DNA from: an uncultured Gemmatimonadales bacterium
GTDB lineage: Bacteria; Gemmatimonadota; Gemmatimonadetes; Longimicrobiales; Gaopeijiaceae
Length of the DNA: 64,000 nt
Reading direction: 5' to 3'
Assembly (NCBI GenBank): GCA_963823035.1
Contig: CAWGKG010000014.1
Coordinates: 256,001-320,000, forward strand
The position numbers were made by a program, and so were the translations under genes. Of this stretch, positions 33,005 through 42,714 are shown piece by piece. The notes beneath the pieces are model-generated. The model saw nothing but the letters and a program-made list of their open reading frames with translations. It did no database searches and was not told the DNA's origin. Positions within the stretch are counted from its first letter, which is position 1, and the number at the start of each line of letters is the position of its first letter.

Positions 33005-33020
33005 TACGAAGAACTTCGTA
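33005..33020. promoter_or_regulatory. Putative BlaI operator
   Basis: Perfect palindrome TACGAAG-AA-CTTCGTA about 65 bp upstream of the BlaI-family gene; TAC...GTA ends are typical of BlaI/MecI/CopY operators. Confidence 0.65.
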
Positions 33021-33085
33021 ACACCGCGTGGACACCCGCCTCCGGCGCGAGGCAGACCACGCAGACGCAACCACGGAGAGACGCC

Positions 33086-33472
33086 ATGGGAGGCGAGACC
33101 GCCTTCACCGAGCGCGAGCTGGACATCATGAGCGTACTGTGGCGAGCCGGTTCGGGCACCGTCGCCGAGGTGCGCGACGCGCTCTCCACCGACCTCGGCT
33201 ACACGAGCGTCCTCAAGATGCTGCAGATCCTCGAGGAGAAGGGGCTCGTGCGGCACGAGGCCGAAGGCCGGGCGTACCGCTACTTCGCCGTGGTCGAGCC
33301 GGAGGAGGCGGGAGGCGACGCGCTGCGCCGCATCGTCGACAAGATCTTCCAGGGTTCCGCCGAGATGGCCCTGGCGCGTCTCGTCTCGGATCGGCCGTTG
33401 CGTCCCGCCGAGGTGAAGCGGCTCAAGGCGCTCCTCGACGAGGCCGCCGCCGAGGAGGAGGAGGGGGGCTGA
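33086..33472 (+). CDS. BlaI/MecI/CopY family repressor
   Basis: TERELDIMSVLW..G..TVAEV.....YTSV...L..LEEKG.V.H...GRAYRY. Confidence 0.92.
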   Translation: MGGETAFTERELDIMSVLWRAGSGTVAEVRDALSTDLGYTSVLKMLQILEEKGLVRHEAEGRAYRYFAVVEPEEAGGDALRRIVDKIFQGSAEMALARLVSDRPLRPAEVKRLKALLDEAAAEEEEGG

Positions 33473-34645
33473 TGGCCGTGTGGATGGCGTACGCGGTCAC
33501 GGTGGGCGCCCTCCTGGCCGGCTCGGCCCGCGTGGCCGAGTTCGCCCTGCGCGGTCGCGACCGGGCCGCACGCCATGCCTGGACGGCGGCGCTGGCGCTG
33601 TCGATCGCCCTCCCCGCGTGGGCGCTGCTTCCCTCGAGCCGGAGCCGACGCCCGCGGTGGACGCGCCGGCCCTGCCGGTGCTCCTGGTGGCGCGCGGCCT
33701 GGCCGCTGTCCCGACGCTGGCCTCGCGTCTCGAGCGGGCGGAGCCCTGGCTCCTGGGGGCGTGGCTGGTCGCGAGCTCGTTGCTCGCCGCCGCCGTGCTC
33801 GGGGGTCTCGCGCGCCTCGGGCGCAGGGCACGCCGCTGGCCGGTCGCGCACTTCGGCGACGGCGAGGTGATCGTCTCGGACGACTTCGGCCCTGCGCTGC
33901 TGGGCCTGCGCGCGCCGCGGGTGGTGCTGCCGCGCTGGACGCTACGGCTGGACCCGGACCGCGTCCGGCTGGTCGTCCTGCACGAAGAGGAGCACCGCCG
34001 CGCACGCGACGGCCACCTCCTGCTCGCCGGGATGCTCGCGGCGATCCTGGCTCCCTGGAACCCGGCCATCTGGTGGCAGCTCCGACGCCTGCGGGCGGCG
34101 GTGGAGCTCGACTGCGACGCCCGCGTGCTTCGTCGCGGTGCGTCCCCACGCGTCTACGGCCGCCTGCTCCTCGAGCTGGGCAGCCGTGCCCCCGGCCTCC
34201 CCTTCCCCGTGGCCGCCCTCTCCACGTCCCGCTCCCTTCTGGAAAGGAGGCTCCGAATGATCGTTCGAGGTAGGAAAGACGGAGGCGCCGCACGCACGGC
34301 GCTCGCCGCGGCAGCGGCGCTGGCCCTCGTCGTCGCCGCCTGCGAGGCGCCCACGCCCACGGCCGTCCCCCCCACGGCCGGCGATCCGGACGCCGTCGGT
34401 GGTCCAGGTATCGCCCGTTGGATCGGCGCGCACCCTGGTCGCGGACGCGACCGGCGGGCAGCCCTGGGTGTTCATCGACGGGCAGCGCTCGCCGGAGGGG
34501 TTCCCGCGGACGCTCGACCCCGCGGACATCGAACGGATCGAGGTCGTGAAGGGGGGCGCCGCGGTGCGGCTCTTCGGTGCGGAGGCGTCCGACGGGGTGA
34601 TCCAGGTCTTCACGAGAGGCGGCCCGCGGCGGAGGGGAAGAGTAG
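33472..34645 (+). CDS. BlaR1/M56 family membrane metallopeptidase with C-terminal TonB-plug-like domain (frameshifts near 33635 and 34395; end approximate)
   Basis: GPALLG..PRVVLP, LHEEEH, PWNPAIW, ELDCDARV, LERRL; C-terminal PWVFIDG...DIERIEVVKG.AA...FG.EA..GVIQVFT. Confidence 0.82.
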
Positions 34646-34673
34646 CGAGAGAGGGTCCGCCCGGGTCGCCGTC

Positions 34674-34704
34674 AGCGGGGGTCGCCTTCGGGCGCCCCCC
34701 GCTT
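34674..34704. terminator. Intrinsic terminator-like hairpin between convergent genes
   Basis: AGCGGGGGTCGCC-TTCG-GGCGCCCCCCGCT (UUCG tetraloop) followed by TT. Confidence 0.6.
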
Positions 34705-36917
34705 TCACGTCGGGGGTGTGTCTGCGGTCACCTCGCCGGGGGTTCCCCGTGCTCCGCCGTTGGCCACGATCTCGAAGGCGAGCGCGTCCTGCTGGAAGCG
34801 GCTCACGGTCTCCGTGTCCAGCCCCGCCTTCCGGGACGCGTCGGAGAGCTGCAGCGCCATCACGTAGTAGTACCAGGGGATGTTGAGCGTGGAGCGGTCC
34901 GCCCAGATCGCCCGGTCACGCAGGCTCCGGAAGCGGTAGACGTCCTCGTACAGGGCGAGCGACGCGGGCATGTCGAACCAGTCCCCGCCGTATTCGGGGG
35001 AGCCCTGCACCACGCCCTCCCGCTGCTCCTGCTTCAGGTCCCGCAGCTCCAGCTTGACCGCCAACCCGTGGCGCACGCCCCACGCGCTGGAGGCCGAGGT
35101 CGTTCATCATCCCGCCGGACGCGGCGAAGTAGACGGGGCGCTCGTCGATCGAGTCGTGGATGAACGCCAGCGCGATCTGCGCGTCGCGGTTCAGCACCAT
35201 CCCCGACGGATACGTGACCGCGATGCCGGGGAACGGAACCGTGACGTCCTGGCCGAGCCTCGCCCCACCGATGTTGTCCATCTGCTCGTCGGTGAGCGTC
35301 GTCACCGACCGCGTCGGCGGGTGCTCGGGCGCCTCGTACACGGTGTCCAGCTCGGGCGCGTCGAAGGGACGCTGCCGATCCGGAGCCGTCAGGTCGCGCA
35401 GCTGCTTCGGATACCACGAGGTGAAGAGGTACTGTCCCACCACGACGGTGACGTCGCGGCGTACGCCCTCCACCTCCTGCATGTACCAGAGCGGGAAGGT
35501 GTCGTTGTCGCCGTTCGTGAAGAGCACCGCGTAGGGCTCGACGCTCATGAGGAGGTCGTACGCCCAGTCGTGCGCGGCATAGTCGCCCGCACGGCTGGCC
35601 CAACTCCAGTTGAGCGCGAGCGGAAGGGCCGCCAGCACCAGGACCGGCGCCGCGATCGCCCAACGCCGCGGTCGCTCGAGCGCGGCGGCCATGCGTCCCC
35701 AGGCCCACGCGATCCCCACCCCCGCCATCACCCCCCATACGAGGAAGCTCGCCACGAAGAAGTAGTCGCGCTCGCGCACCTCGTGCGTACCCGATCCCGT
35801 CACCTCGGGGGAGAGCGAGTAGCCGTACTTGAAGTTCAGGTAGAAGACCAGCCCCAGCGTGAGCGTGAGGAGGAGCGCCGCGACGTAGCCGAAGATCGCC
35901 CGGTCCGCCTTCCACGCGGCCCACAGCCCCAGGAGGCCGAGGCCGAAGAAGAGGAGGCTGAACGGCGTGCGCAGCGGACCCGGGCAGCTCGGTGGCGGCC
36001 ATGCCGCGCGACCACTGCCAGTCGAAGTACTGCCAGTAGTTCTCGAGCTGGGCGCCGAAGGGCGCCTGGCGCTCGGTGACCGGAGGCTTCTGGTACTGCT
36101 TGCGGGAGAGGTTGTCCGCGAGCGCCTGGCAGCCGGCCTTCCCGTTCGTGTAGATCGCCGTCGCCGCGCCGACGAAGCTCTCGCAGGTCGCGTCCCCCTC
36201 GTTGAGGACGGGGTCCTGCGCCGCGCGCACGGGAAGGAAGAAGTTCACGGACAGCCCCAGGACCGTCAGCGCCACGGCGCGCGTCAGGAAGCGCGGCCGC
36301 AGGACGGTCATGGGGGCGGTGACCAGCACCAGGACGCCGAGCGCCGGCAGGGGCAGCACGGACATGAGGTGGTTGGTGCTGCCGATCACCATCAGGAAGA
36401 GCGCCCACAGGAGGAGGCGCTCGCTGCCGGGCTGGTCGTGCCGGTCCCGCCAGCGCACGGCGAGCCAGCTCACGGCCGCGATGACGAACACGCTGAACGT
36501 GTACACCTTCTCGTTGACGTTCGACTGGTTCCAGACCGTGTAGGCGGTCGCGCCGACCAGCGCGGCCACCGCCGCGCCCACCACGGCGTGCCGCCCCTCG
36601 CCGAGCACCGGACGCAGGATCCGATGCGCGACCAGGAAGAGGAAGGCGCTCGCCCCCGCGCTCGTGACGGCGGCGAAGAGGTTGACGCGCACCGCCACCG
36701 AAAGGCCGAACGGAGAGAGCAGCCAGCTCCAGGTGTGGGCGAGCAGCACGAAGAGCGGGTTCCCCGGAGGGTGCGGGATCCCGAGGATGTGCGCGGTGGC
36801 GATGTACTCGCTCGTGTCCCAGAACGCCGTCGTCGGGGCCAGGGTGACGACGTACAGGGCCAGGACCGCGAGGCCGACGAGGGCGGCGGCGCGGTACGGG
36901 GGACGCGGTTGGTCCAT
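34705..36917 (-). CDS. DUF2723 / TMEM260-like GT-C membrane glycosyltransferase (frameshifts near 35975 and 35080)
   Basis: TLAPTTAFWDTSEYIATAHILGIPHPPGNPLF, EKVY, EVRERDYFF, LFTNGDNDTFPLWY.QEVEGVRRDV. Confidence 0.9.
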
Positions 36918-37042
36918 GCGATCGTTTCCGATTTCGCTACACGCGGGAGGCCGGCTTGCGGGGCCGAGCGGGGAACGGGTTTGTATCCGGCGCGGTCGGC
37001 GGGGTTCCGCCCAGCGCCCGGACGAAGGTGCGCGGCGACCTG

Positions 37043-38314
37043 CTAGCCGTCGCGGTCGCGAGCGGGGACACCCTGCCGCGCGGCCGTCCGGAGCAGATCG
37101 AGCACCCGGTCGACCTCCGCGGGCCGATTGTACACGTGCGTGGACAGCCGCATCCACCCGAAGCCGTACTCGGAGACGACGCGGGTACGGACCCTGGCCT
37201 CCCGGGCCAGCCACGCCTGCAGGTCGAGCGCGTCCACGCCGTCCATCGTGAACGACACCATCGCCGCGCGCAGCGCCTCCTCGGAAGGCGTCTTCACGGT
37301 CACGCCCGGGATAGCGCCGAGGCCCTCCTGCACGCGCGCGCGCAGGGAGCGCGCCCGCGCTTCCACCCTTTCGATGCCGATCGCCTGGAGGAACTCCGCA
37401 GCGGCGAGCAGCCCGGCCAGGCGCGACTCGTCGAAGGTGCCCATGTGGTTGAAGCGCTGTGCGCCGAGGGAGAGGTCGTCCCACCCGCCGGAGGCGAGCG
37501 TCGGCCACAGCGTCCGCCGCCACTTCGGCGCCAGGTAGAGCAGGCCGGTCCCCTGCGGCGCCAGAAGCCACTTGTGGGGTGACGACGCGTAGAAGTCACA
37601 GCCGATGGCGCCCACGTCCAGCGACATCATCCCCGGCGGATGGGCACCGTCCACCGCCAGCGGGATGCCCCGGTCGGCGCAGCGCGCGGCCAGCTCGGCC
37701 ACCGGGAGGATGGTCCCGTTCGTGAAGGTGACGTGGCTGACGCTCACCACCCGGGTGGCGGGACCCACGCGCGACCACACGGCTTCGAGCAGCTCTGCGG
37801 ACGACGTCGCGGGAACCGGCAGGCGCGCCACCACGAGCGTCGCGCCGCGCCGCGTGGTGGCGAGCTTCCAGGGCTCGAGGCCACCGATGTGCTCGTGATC
37901 GGTCGTGAGCACCTCGTCGCCGGGCCCGACGTCGAGTCCGTTCGCCACGAAGCTCATCGCCTCCGTGGTGTTGCGCGGGAAGACGAAGCCCTCGGGGTCG
38001 CCGCCCACCAGGGCGGACATGGAGGCCTTCACGTCGTCCCACGCGACACCGGGCGGATACGTCGACGCCACCCTGCGCGCGTGCTCGGCGACCGCCTCGA
38101 CCACCACGAGCGGCGAGGGTCCCAGGGTGCCGTTGTTCAGGTAGATGCGGTCGGGCGGAATCAGGAACTGCGAGCGCACCACCGCCCAGAACGCCTCGTC
38201 GTCGGGGTCGCCCCCACCTTCCAGCCGGCGTGCGAGCGCCGCCACGGCGCGGGGCCAGGCGAGCGCGCCGCCACCCAGGATCGCGAGGAATCCGCGCCGG
38301 TCGATACGGGCCAT
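37043..38314 (-). CDS. Class V PLP-dependent aminotransferase (isopenicillin N epimerase / cysteine lyase-like) with Tat signal
   Basis: MARIDRRGFL..., YLNNGTLGPSP, RNTTEAM, EHIGG, VDGAH, SSPHKWL, RLSTHVYN. Confidence 0.9.
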   Translation of the reverse strand: MARIDRRGFLAILGGGALAWPRAVAALARRLEGGGDPDDEAFWAVVRSQFLIPPDRIYLNNGTLGPSPLVVVEAVAEHARRVASTYPPGVAWDDVKASMSALVGGDPEGFVFPRNTTEAMSFVANGLDVGPGDEVLTTDHEHIGGLEPWKLATTRRGATLVVARLPVPATSSAELLEAVWSRVGPATRVVSVSHVTFTNGTILPVAELAARCADRGIPLAVDGAHPPGMMSLDVGAIGCDFYASSPHKWLLAPQGTGLLYLAPKWRRTLWPTLASGGWDDLSLGAQRFNHMGTFDESRLAGLLAAAEFLQAIGIERVEARARSLRARVQEGLGAIPGVTVKTPSEEALRAAMVSFTMDGVDALDLQAWLAREARVRTRVVSEYGFGWMRLSTHVYNRPAEVDRVLDLLRTAARQGVPARDRDG

Positions 38315-38338
38315 CGGAGCGACCTCCTGGACGGCTCG

Positions 38339-38776
38339 TCAGCGCTTGACCGCGATGAAGGAGATCTCGAGCGCGGCCCCGCCGACGAGGTCCTTCACGG
38401 CGAGGGCTTCACGCGCCGGCGGATCGCTGGGGAAGTACTCGCCGTACACCTGGTTCATCTCTCCGTAGCCGTCGATGTCCGCCAGGAAGATCGTGCCCTT
38501 CACCACGTTCCCGAAGTCCAGCCCGAGCTCGTCGAAGAGCGCCTTGAACTGCTCCATGATGTTGCGCGTCTCCGCGGCGACCCGACCCTCCGACATCGCG
38601 CGGGTCTCCTGGGTGGCACCGACCTTCCCGGAGAACCAGTACGTGTCGCCGACCTGCACGGCCGCGCTGTACGGACGGCTGCTGCTGGGCTGGTGGGCGA
38701 TCCGGGGCGCGGCCTGGGCCGTCAGCGGCTGGGCCGCCACGGCCGCGGCGAAGGCGAGGACGAGGGCGGTGCGCAT
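38339..38776 (-). CDS. RidA/YjgF family protein with N-terminal signal peptide
   Basis: MRTALVLAFAAAVAAQPLTAQA; PYSAAV, SGKVG, MNQVYGEYF, PPAR, LEI. Confidence 0.88.
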   Translation of the reverse strand: MRTALVLAFAAAVAAQPLTAQAAPRIAHQPSSSRPYSAAVQVGDTYWFSGKVGATQETRAMSEGRVAAETRNIMEQFKALFDELGLDFGNVVKGTIFLADIDGYGEMNQVYGEYFPSDPPAREALAVKDLVGGAALEISFIAVKR

Positions 38777-38912
38777 CGAGGGTGCTCCTGCGAAGGTGGG
38801 CGACCTGCGGGTTCGCCCGATCATGCCGGGGCGAGGTGGGGGGCGCAAGCGACCCCGACACCCAGCCATTCCCGCTGGCGCCCCCGCCACGCGCCGGTAG
38901 ATTTCCCCTCCC

Positions 38913-40016
38913 ATGCCCGGCTCACCCGCGCGAACCTTCCGCTACATCCGATCGTGGCTCACCGGACGGGACGACCTCGTCTCCGGGGAGCTCGTGCTCG
39001 ACCGTGACGGCACCGAGGTGCCGGCCACGCTTCTCCTGCCGCGGGCCCGCCGGGCTCCCCTCCCCGCCTGGATCGTCCTGCACGGGATCACCCGGCCCGG
39101 GCGCGAGCACGCGCAGCTCGTGCGCTTCACCCGCGCCGTGGCGTCGGGGGGGTGCGCCGTCCTCCTGCCCGAGGTGCCCGAGTGGCGGAAGCTGGACCTG
39201 GCGCCCGCCACCACGCTTCCGACGATCGTCGCCTCCGTTCGGGCGCTCGAGACGCTCGAGGACGTCGACGTCGACCGGGTCGGGCTGGCCGGGTTCTCCT
39301 TCGGATCCCCGCAGGCGATCGCCGCGTCGGCGCACCCCGCTCTGCGCGGCCGCCTCGTGGGCGTGGTGGGCTTCGGTGGCTACTGCGACCTGGAGCGCAC
39401 CATCCTCTTCCAGCTGACGGGCCGCCATGAGTGGGAGGGACGGGAGCTCCACCTCCGCGCCGACCCCTACGGCCGGTGGATCGTCGCAGCCAACTACCTC
39501 ACGGCGATCCCCGGGCTGGAGGACTGCGCCCCGGTCGCGGACGGCGTCCGGCGCCTGGCCGCCGCGGCGGGCGACTGGGGCGTGATGTCGTGGGACGCCC
39601 GCCTCGACCCGATCAAGAAGGAGCTGCGCGCTAAGCTCTCCGCCGGACAGGAGCGGGACGTGTTCGACCTGCTCGCTCCGGAAGACGGGGGCGACGCCGC
39701 GGGGAACGAGGCCGTGGAGCTGGCCCACGCGCTCGCGGGCGCGGCGCGGCGGGTGGACCCGGCCATCGAGCCCGGCCCCGTCCTGAAGCACGCTCCGGGT
39801 CCGGTCCACCTCCTGCACGGCCTGCGCGACCACCTCATCCCCTACACGGAGATGCTGCGCCTCGCGGGTCTCCTCCCCGACGGCGTGGTACGCCAGGCGA
39901 CCGTCACGCGGCTCTTCGCCCACTCCGCGCAGGACCCCTTCCCCGGCATCGTGGAAGGTGCCCGCGAGACGGCGCGCTTCGCGCGCGCGCTCTCGAGGCT
40001 CCTCGCCGTCGTCTGA
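38913..40016 (+). CDS. Alpha/beta-hydrolase-fold hypothetical protein
   Basis: WIVLHG, nucleophile elbow GFSFG, LLHG.RD.LIP, LFAH. Confidence 0.7.
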   Translation: MPGSPARTFRYIRSWLTGRDDLVSGELVLDRDGTEVPATLLLPRARRAPLPAWIVLHGITRPGREHAQLVRFTRAVASGGCAVLLPEVPEWRKLDLAPATTLPTIVASVRALETLEDVDVDRVGLAGFSFGSPQAIAASAHPALRGRLVGVVGFGGYCDLERTILFQLTGRHEWEGRELHLRADPYGRWIVAANYLTAIPGLEDCAPVADGVRRLAAAAGDWGVMSWDARLDPIKKELRAKLSAGQERDVFDLLAPEDGGDAAGNEAVELAHALAGAARRVDPAIEPGPVLKHAPGPVHLLHGLRDHLIPYTEMLRLAGLLPDGVVRQATVTRLFAHSAQDPFPGIVEGARETARFARALSRLLAVV

Positions 40017-40035
40017 GACGCTCGACGAAGGCTTT

Positions 40036-41064
40036 CTACCGCACCCCGAGGAGCTCCCGGACGGCCGCCTTCACCTCGGCGCCGCGGTCATCGATGGCCT
40101 GCACGAGGAGGCTCCTGGCGTGCGGAGTGCCGATCTTGTGGAGCGCCCGGTAGGCCGCGATGCGCACGTCCGGGGGTGGGCGCGAGAAGAACGAGCCGAC
40201 GGCGCGCTTCTCGATCGCGGTCACCGCGCGGGGATCCCCCAGCTGTCCGAGAGCGTGCAGCACGCCCACCACGACGCTCGGCTCGGACTCGTCGTCCAGC
40301 ACGGCCAGCAGCGGCCGCAGGGCACGCTCCACCTTCAACTCCCCCGCCGCCATCGCCGCGGCCAGGCGCACGTCCGGATCGGTATCCCCGATCATCCCCT
40401 GGATGAGCAGCCCCGCGTCGTCGCCGCCGATCTTCGCGAGCGCCAGGAGTCCCTCGCGGCGGACGCGGGCCTCCGGGTGCGCCAGCGCAACCGTGACCAG
40501 CTCGACGGCGCGCTTTCCTCCGATGTCTCCGAGGATGGCCGCGGCGTTGCGCACCACGAACCAGCGCCCGTCCTCGATCATGCGCTCGAGCCCCTCGACC
40601 ATCCCCTCCCCGAGACGCCGGCACGTCGTGATCAGCTCGTCCCGGCGCTCGTCGTTGCGCGCCCCTCCGAGGCGGTCGGCGACCCGCGCGGCGACGCCCT
40701 CCGTGAGGAGCGCACGCGCCATGGCGATGCACGCCTCGTCCGGCGGGTCCCCGGCCTCGCGGGTCAGCCGTTCGACCGAATCGGCCAGGACGTCGAGCGC
40801 GTTGGCCTCACGGAGCGCGGCGGCCTCGAGCCGAACCGTGCGAGCCTTCCCGTCCCGGTCGAGCGGAGAGGACTCGAGAAAGCGCGTGACCGCGGCGCGG
40901 AGCGCTTCGGGGTCGGCGGCCGCCGGATCGGGTCCGACCGGTCCTTCCACCTCCTCCCAGACCAGGTCCTCGACGCGGGAGGCCGGCGAGGGCGCGGGCG
41001 CGAAGAGGGCATCGACCGAGCGGGCCATCCCGGTCAGCTGCTTCCGTGCGTGCGACGGTTCCAT
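40036..41064 (-). CDS. HEAT/PBS-lyase repeat protein
   Basis: Repeated D..W.VVRNAA.ILG / RVRREGLLALAKIG / DVRLAAA.A.G / DVRIAAYRALHKIG. Confidence 0.8.
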   Translation of the reverse strand: MEPSHARKQLTGMARSVDALFAPAPSPASRVEDLVWEEVEGPVGPDPAAADPEALRAAVTRFLESSPLDRDGKARTVRLEAAALREANALDVLADSVERLTREAGDPPDEACIAMARALLTEGVAARVADRLGGARNDERRDELITTCRRLGEGMVEGLERMIEDGRWFVVRNAAAILGDIGGKRAVELVTVALAHPEARVRREGLLALAKIGGDDAGLLIQGMIGDTDPDVRLAAAMAAGELKVERALRPLLAVLDDESEPSVVVGVLHALGQLGDPRAVTAIEKRAVGSFFSRPPPDVRIAAYRALHKIGTPHARSLLVQAIDDRGAEVKAAVRELLGVR

Positions 41065-41158
41065 GATGCTCCGCGAGAGAGGTCGCTGGGCTCGCTCGTG
41101 AGGACTCAATGTAGACGTCCGGCCCCCGCCGACGCGAGGGAGCGCGCAGCCCAGCGCG

Positions 41159-42571
41159 TCACTCCACCGGCAGTCCGACGGCTCGTCTTTCGTCGATCCC
41201 ACCCTCGACGTTCGCGACGCGCGTGAAGCCCTCGGCCTGCAGCAGGCTGACCCCGATCCCCGAGCGGCCCCCGGACTGGCAGTAGAGCAGGAGCTGCCGG
41301 TCGCGCGGAAGCTCGTCGACCCGCGCCCGCAGATAGCCCAGGTGGACGTGCTGCGCCCCGGGCGCGTGGCCCTGGTTCCACTCCGTCTGGCTGCGCACGT
41401 CCACGTAGAGCGCCCCATCCTCGACGACCGCGCGCTCCGCCCGCTCCCAGCCCATCACGTCGTACGTCTCCAGTGACCCCCCGGCCGGCCGGCCCTCCAC
41501 CGCCTTCGCGTCGAACCACCCGGCCACGTGATCGAGGCCGATCAGGACGAGGTCGCGAGCCGCCTCGTGCGCCTGCTGGGCCCCGTCGGCGATGAGGTGG
41601 ATGGGGTGGTCATAGGGGAGGTGCCACCCGCACCAGTTGGGGAACGACTTGTTGAGCGGGATGTTGAGCGTTCCGGGAACGTGTCCCTCCGCGAAGCGCT
41701 GGCGGGCGCGCGTGTCGACCACCACGGCTCCACCGCGCAGGAGGTCGTCGAGCGCACCGGGGTCCAGGCGCGGCGGGCGCGGAAGCCCGCCGATCAGCGG
41801 AGGGCCGTCGCGGTTCAGGCGCTTCATCTCGGCGAAATACCGGGGAGGCTCCGGCTGGTCCCGGAGCACCGCGTCCACGAAGCCGTCCTCGCTCTCGCAC
41901 TGGAACGCCCAGTTCACCAGCCGCTCGTACCCAAGCGTCGAGCTGGGCACCGCGCCGAGGGCCTTTCCGCAGGCCGAGCCCGCGCCGTGGCCCGGGAGCA
42001 CCTGGAGGTAGCCGGGCATCCGCCGGAAGCGCTCGAGGGCCCGGTAGAGCGTGCGGGCGCCCTCCTCCATCGTGTCCTTCACGCCGGCCGCCTTCTCGAG
42101 CAGGTCGGGCCGACCGACGTCACCCACGAAGATGAAGTCGCCCGTGAGGAGCCCCATGGGCTCGTCGGAGACCGCGCCGTCCGTGATCATGAAGGAGATG
42201 TGCTCGGGCGTGTGGCCGGGCGTGTGCAGGATGCGGACGCGGACGTTGCCGAGTGTCACCTCGTCGCCGTCGTGGACGATCCGCGCCCCGTCGTCGGCCG
42301 CGAAGCCGTACTGCCACGCCAGGGGCGCGTCACCCGAGAGAAGGAGGGTCGCGCCGGCGCGCCTCGCCAGCTCGCGCGCCCCGGAGAGGAAGTCCGCGTG
42401 GATGTGCGTCTCCGAGACGTAGCGGATCGTCATCCCCTCGTCGGCCGCGGCCGCGAGGTAGGCGTCCACGTCGCGGTTGGGGTCGACCACCAACGCTTCG
42501 CCTGCGGCCTGACATCCGACGAAGTAGCTCGCCTGCGCCAGCTTGTCGTCGTACAGGCGTCTCAGGAGCAT
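41159..42571 (-). CDS. MBL-fold persulfide dioxygenase-like hydrolase fused to two rhodanese domains
   Basis: ETHIHADFLSG, HTPGHTPEH, TGDFIFVGDVGRPDL, PGHGAGSACG; last rhodanese YCQSGGRS. Confidence 0.92.
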   Translation of the reverse strand: MLLRRLYDDKLAQASYFVGCQAAGEALVVDPNRDVDAYLAAAADEGMTIRYVSETHIHADFLSGARELARRAGATLLLSGDAPLAWQYGFAADDGARIVHDGDEVTLGNVRVRILHTPGHTPEHISFMITDGAVSDEPMGLLTGDFIFVGDVGRPDLLEKAAGVKDTMEEGARTLYRALERFRRMPGYLQVLPGHGAGSACGKALGAVPSSTLGYERLVNWAFQCESEDGFVDAVLRDQPEPPRYFAEMKRLNRDGPPLIGGLPRPPRLDPGALDDLLRGGAVVVDTRARQRFAEGHVPGTLNIPLNKSFPNWCGWHLPYDHPIHLIADGAQQAHEAARDLVLIGLDHVAGWFDAKAVEGRPAGGSLETYDVMGWERAERAVVEDGALYVDVRSQTEWNQGHAPGAQHVHLGYLRARVDELPRDRQLLLYCQSGGRSGIGVSLLQAEGFTRVANVEGGIDERRAVGLPVE

Positions 42572-42714
42572 CGGGCAGTCCCTCGGTCACGGGGGAGACT
42601 CCAACGGCGGCACAACATATCATGCACCGCGACGGCTTGCTCACCCCCCTCGGCCCGGACATCTTGGCGGTCCGGAACCTCGGCCGTCGAGACTCCCCCC
42701 GGAGTGGAAAACCC

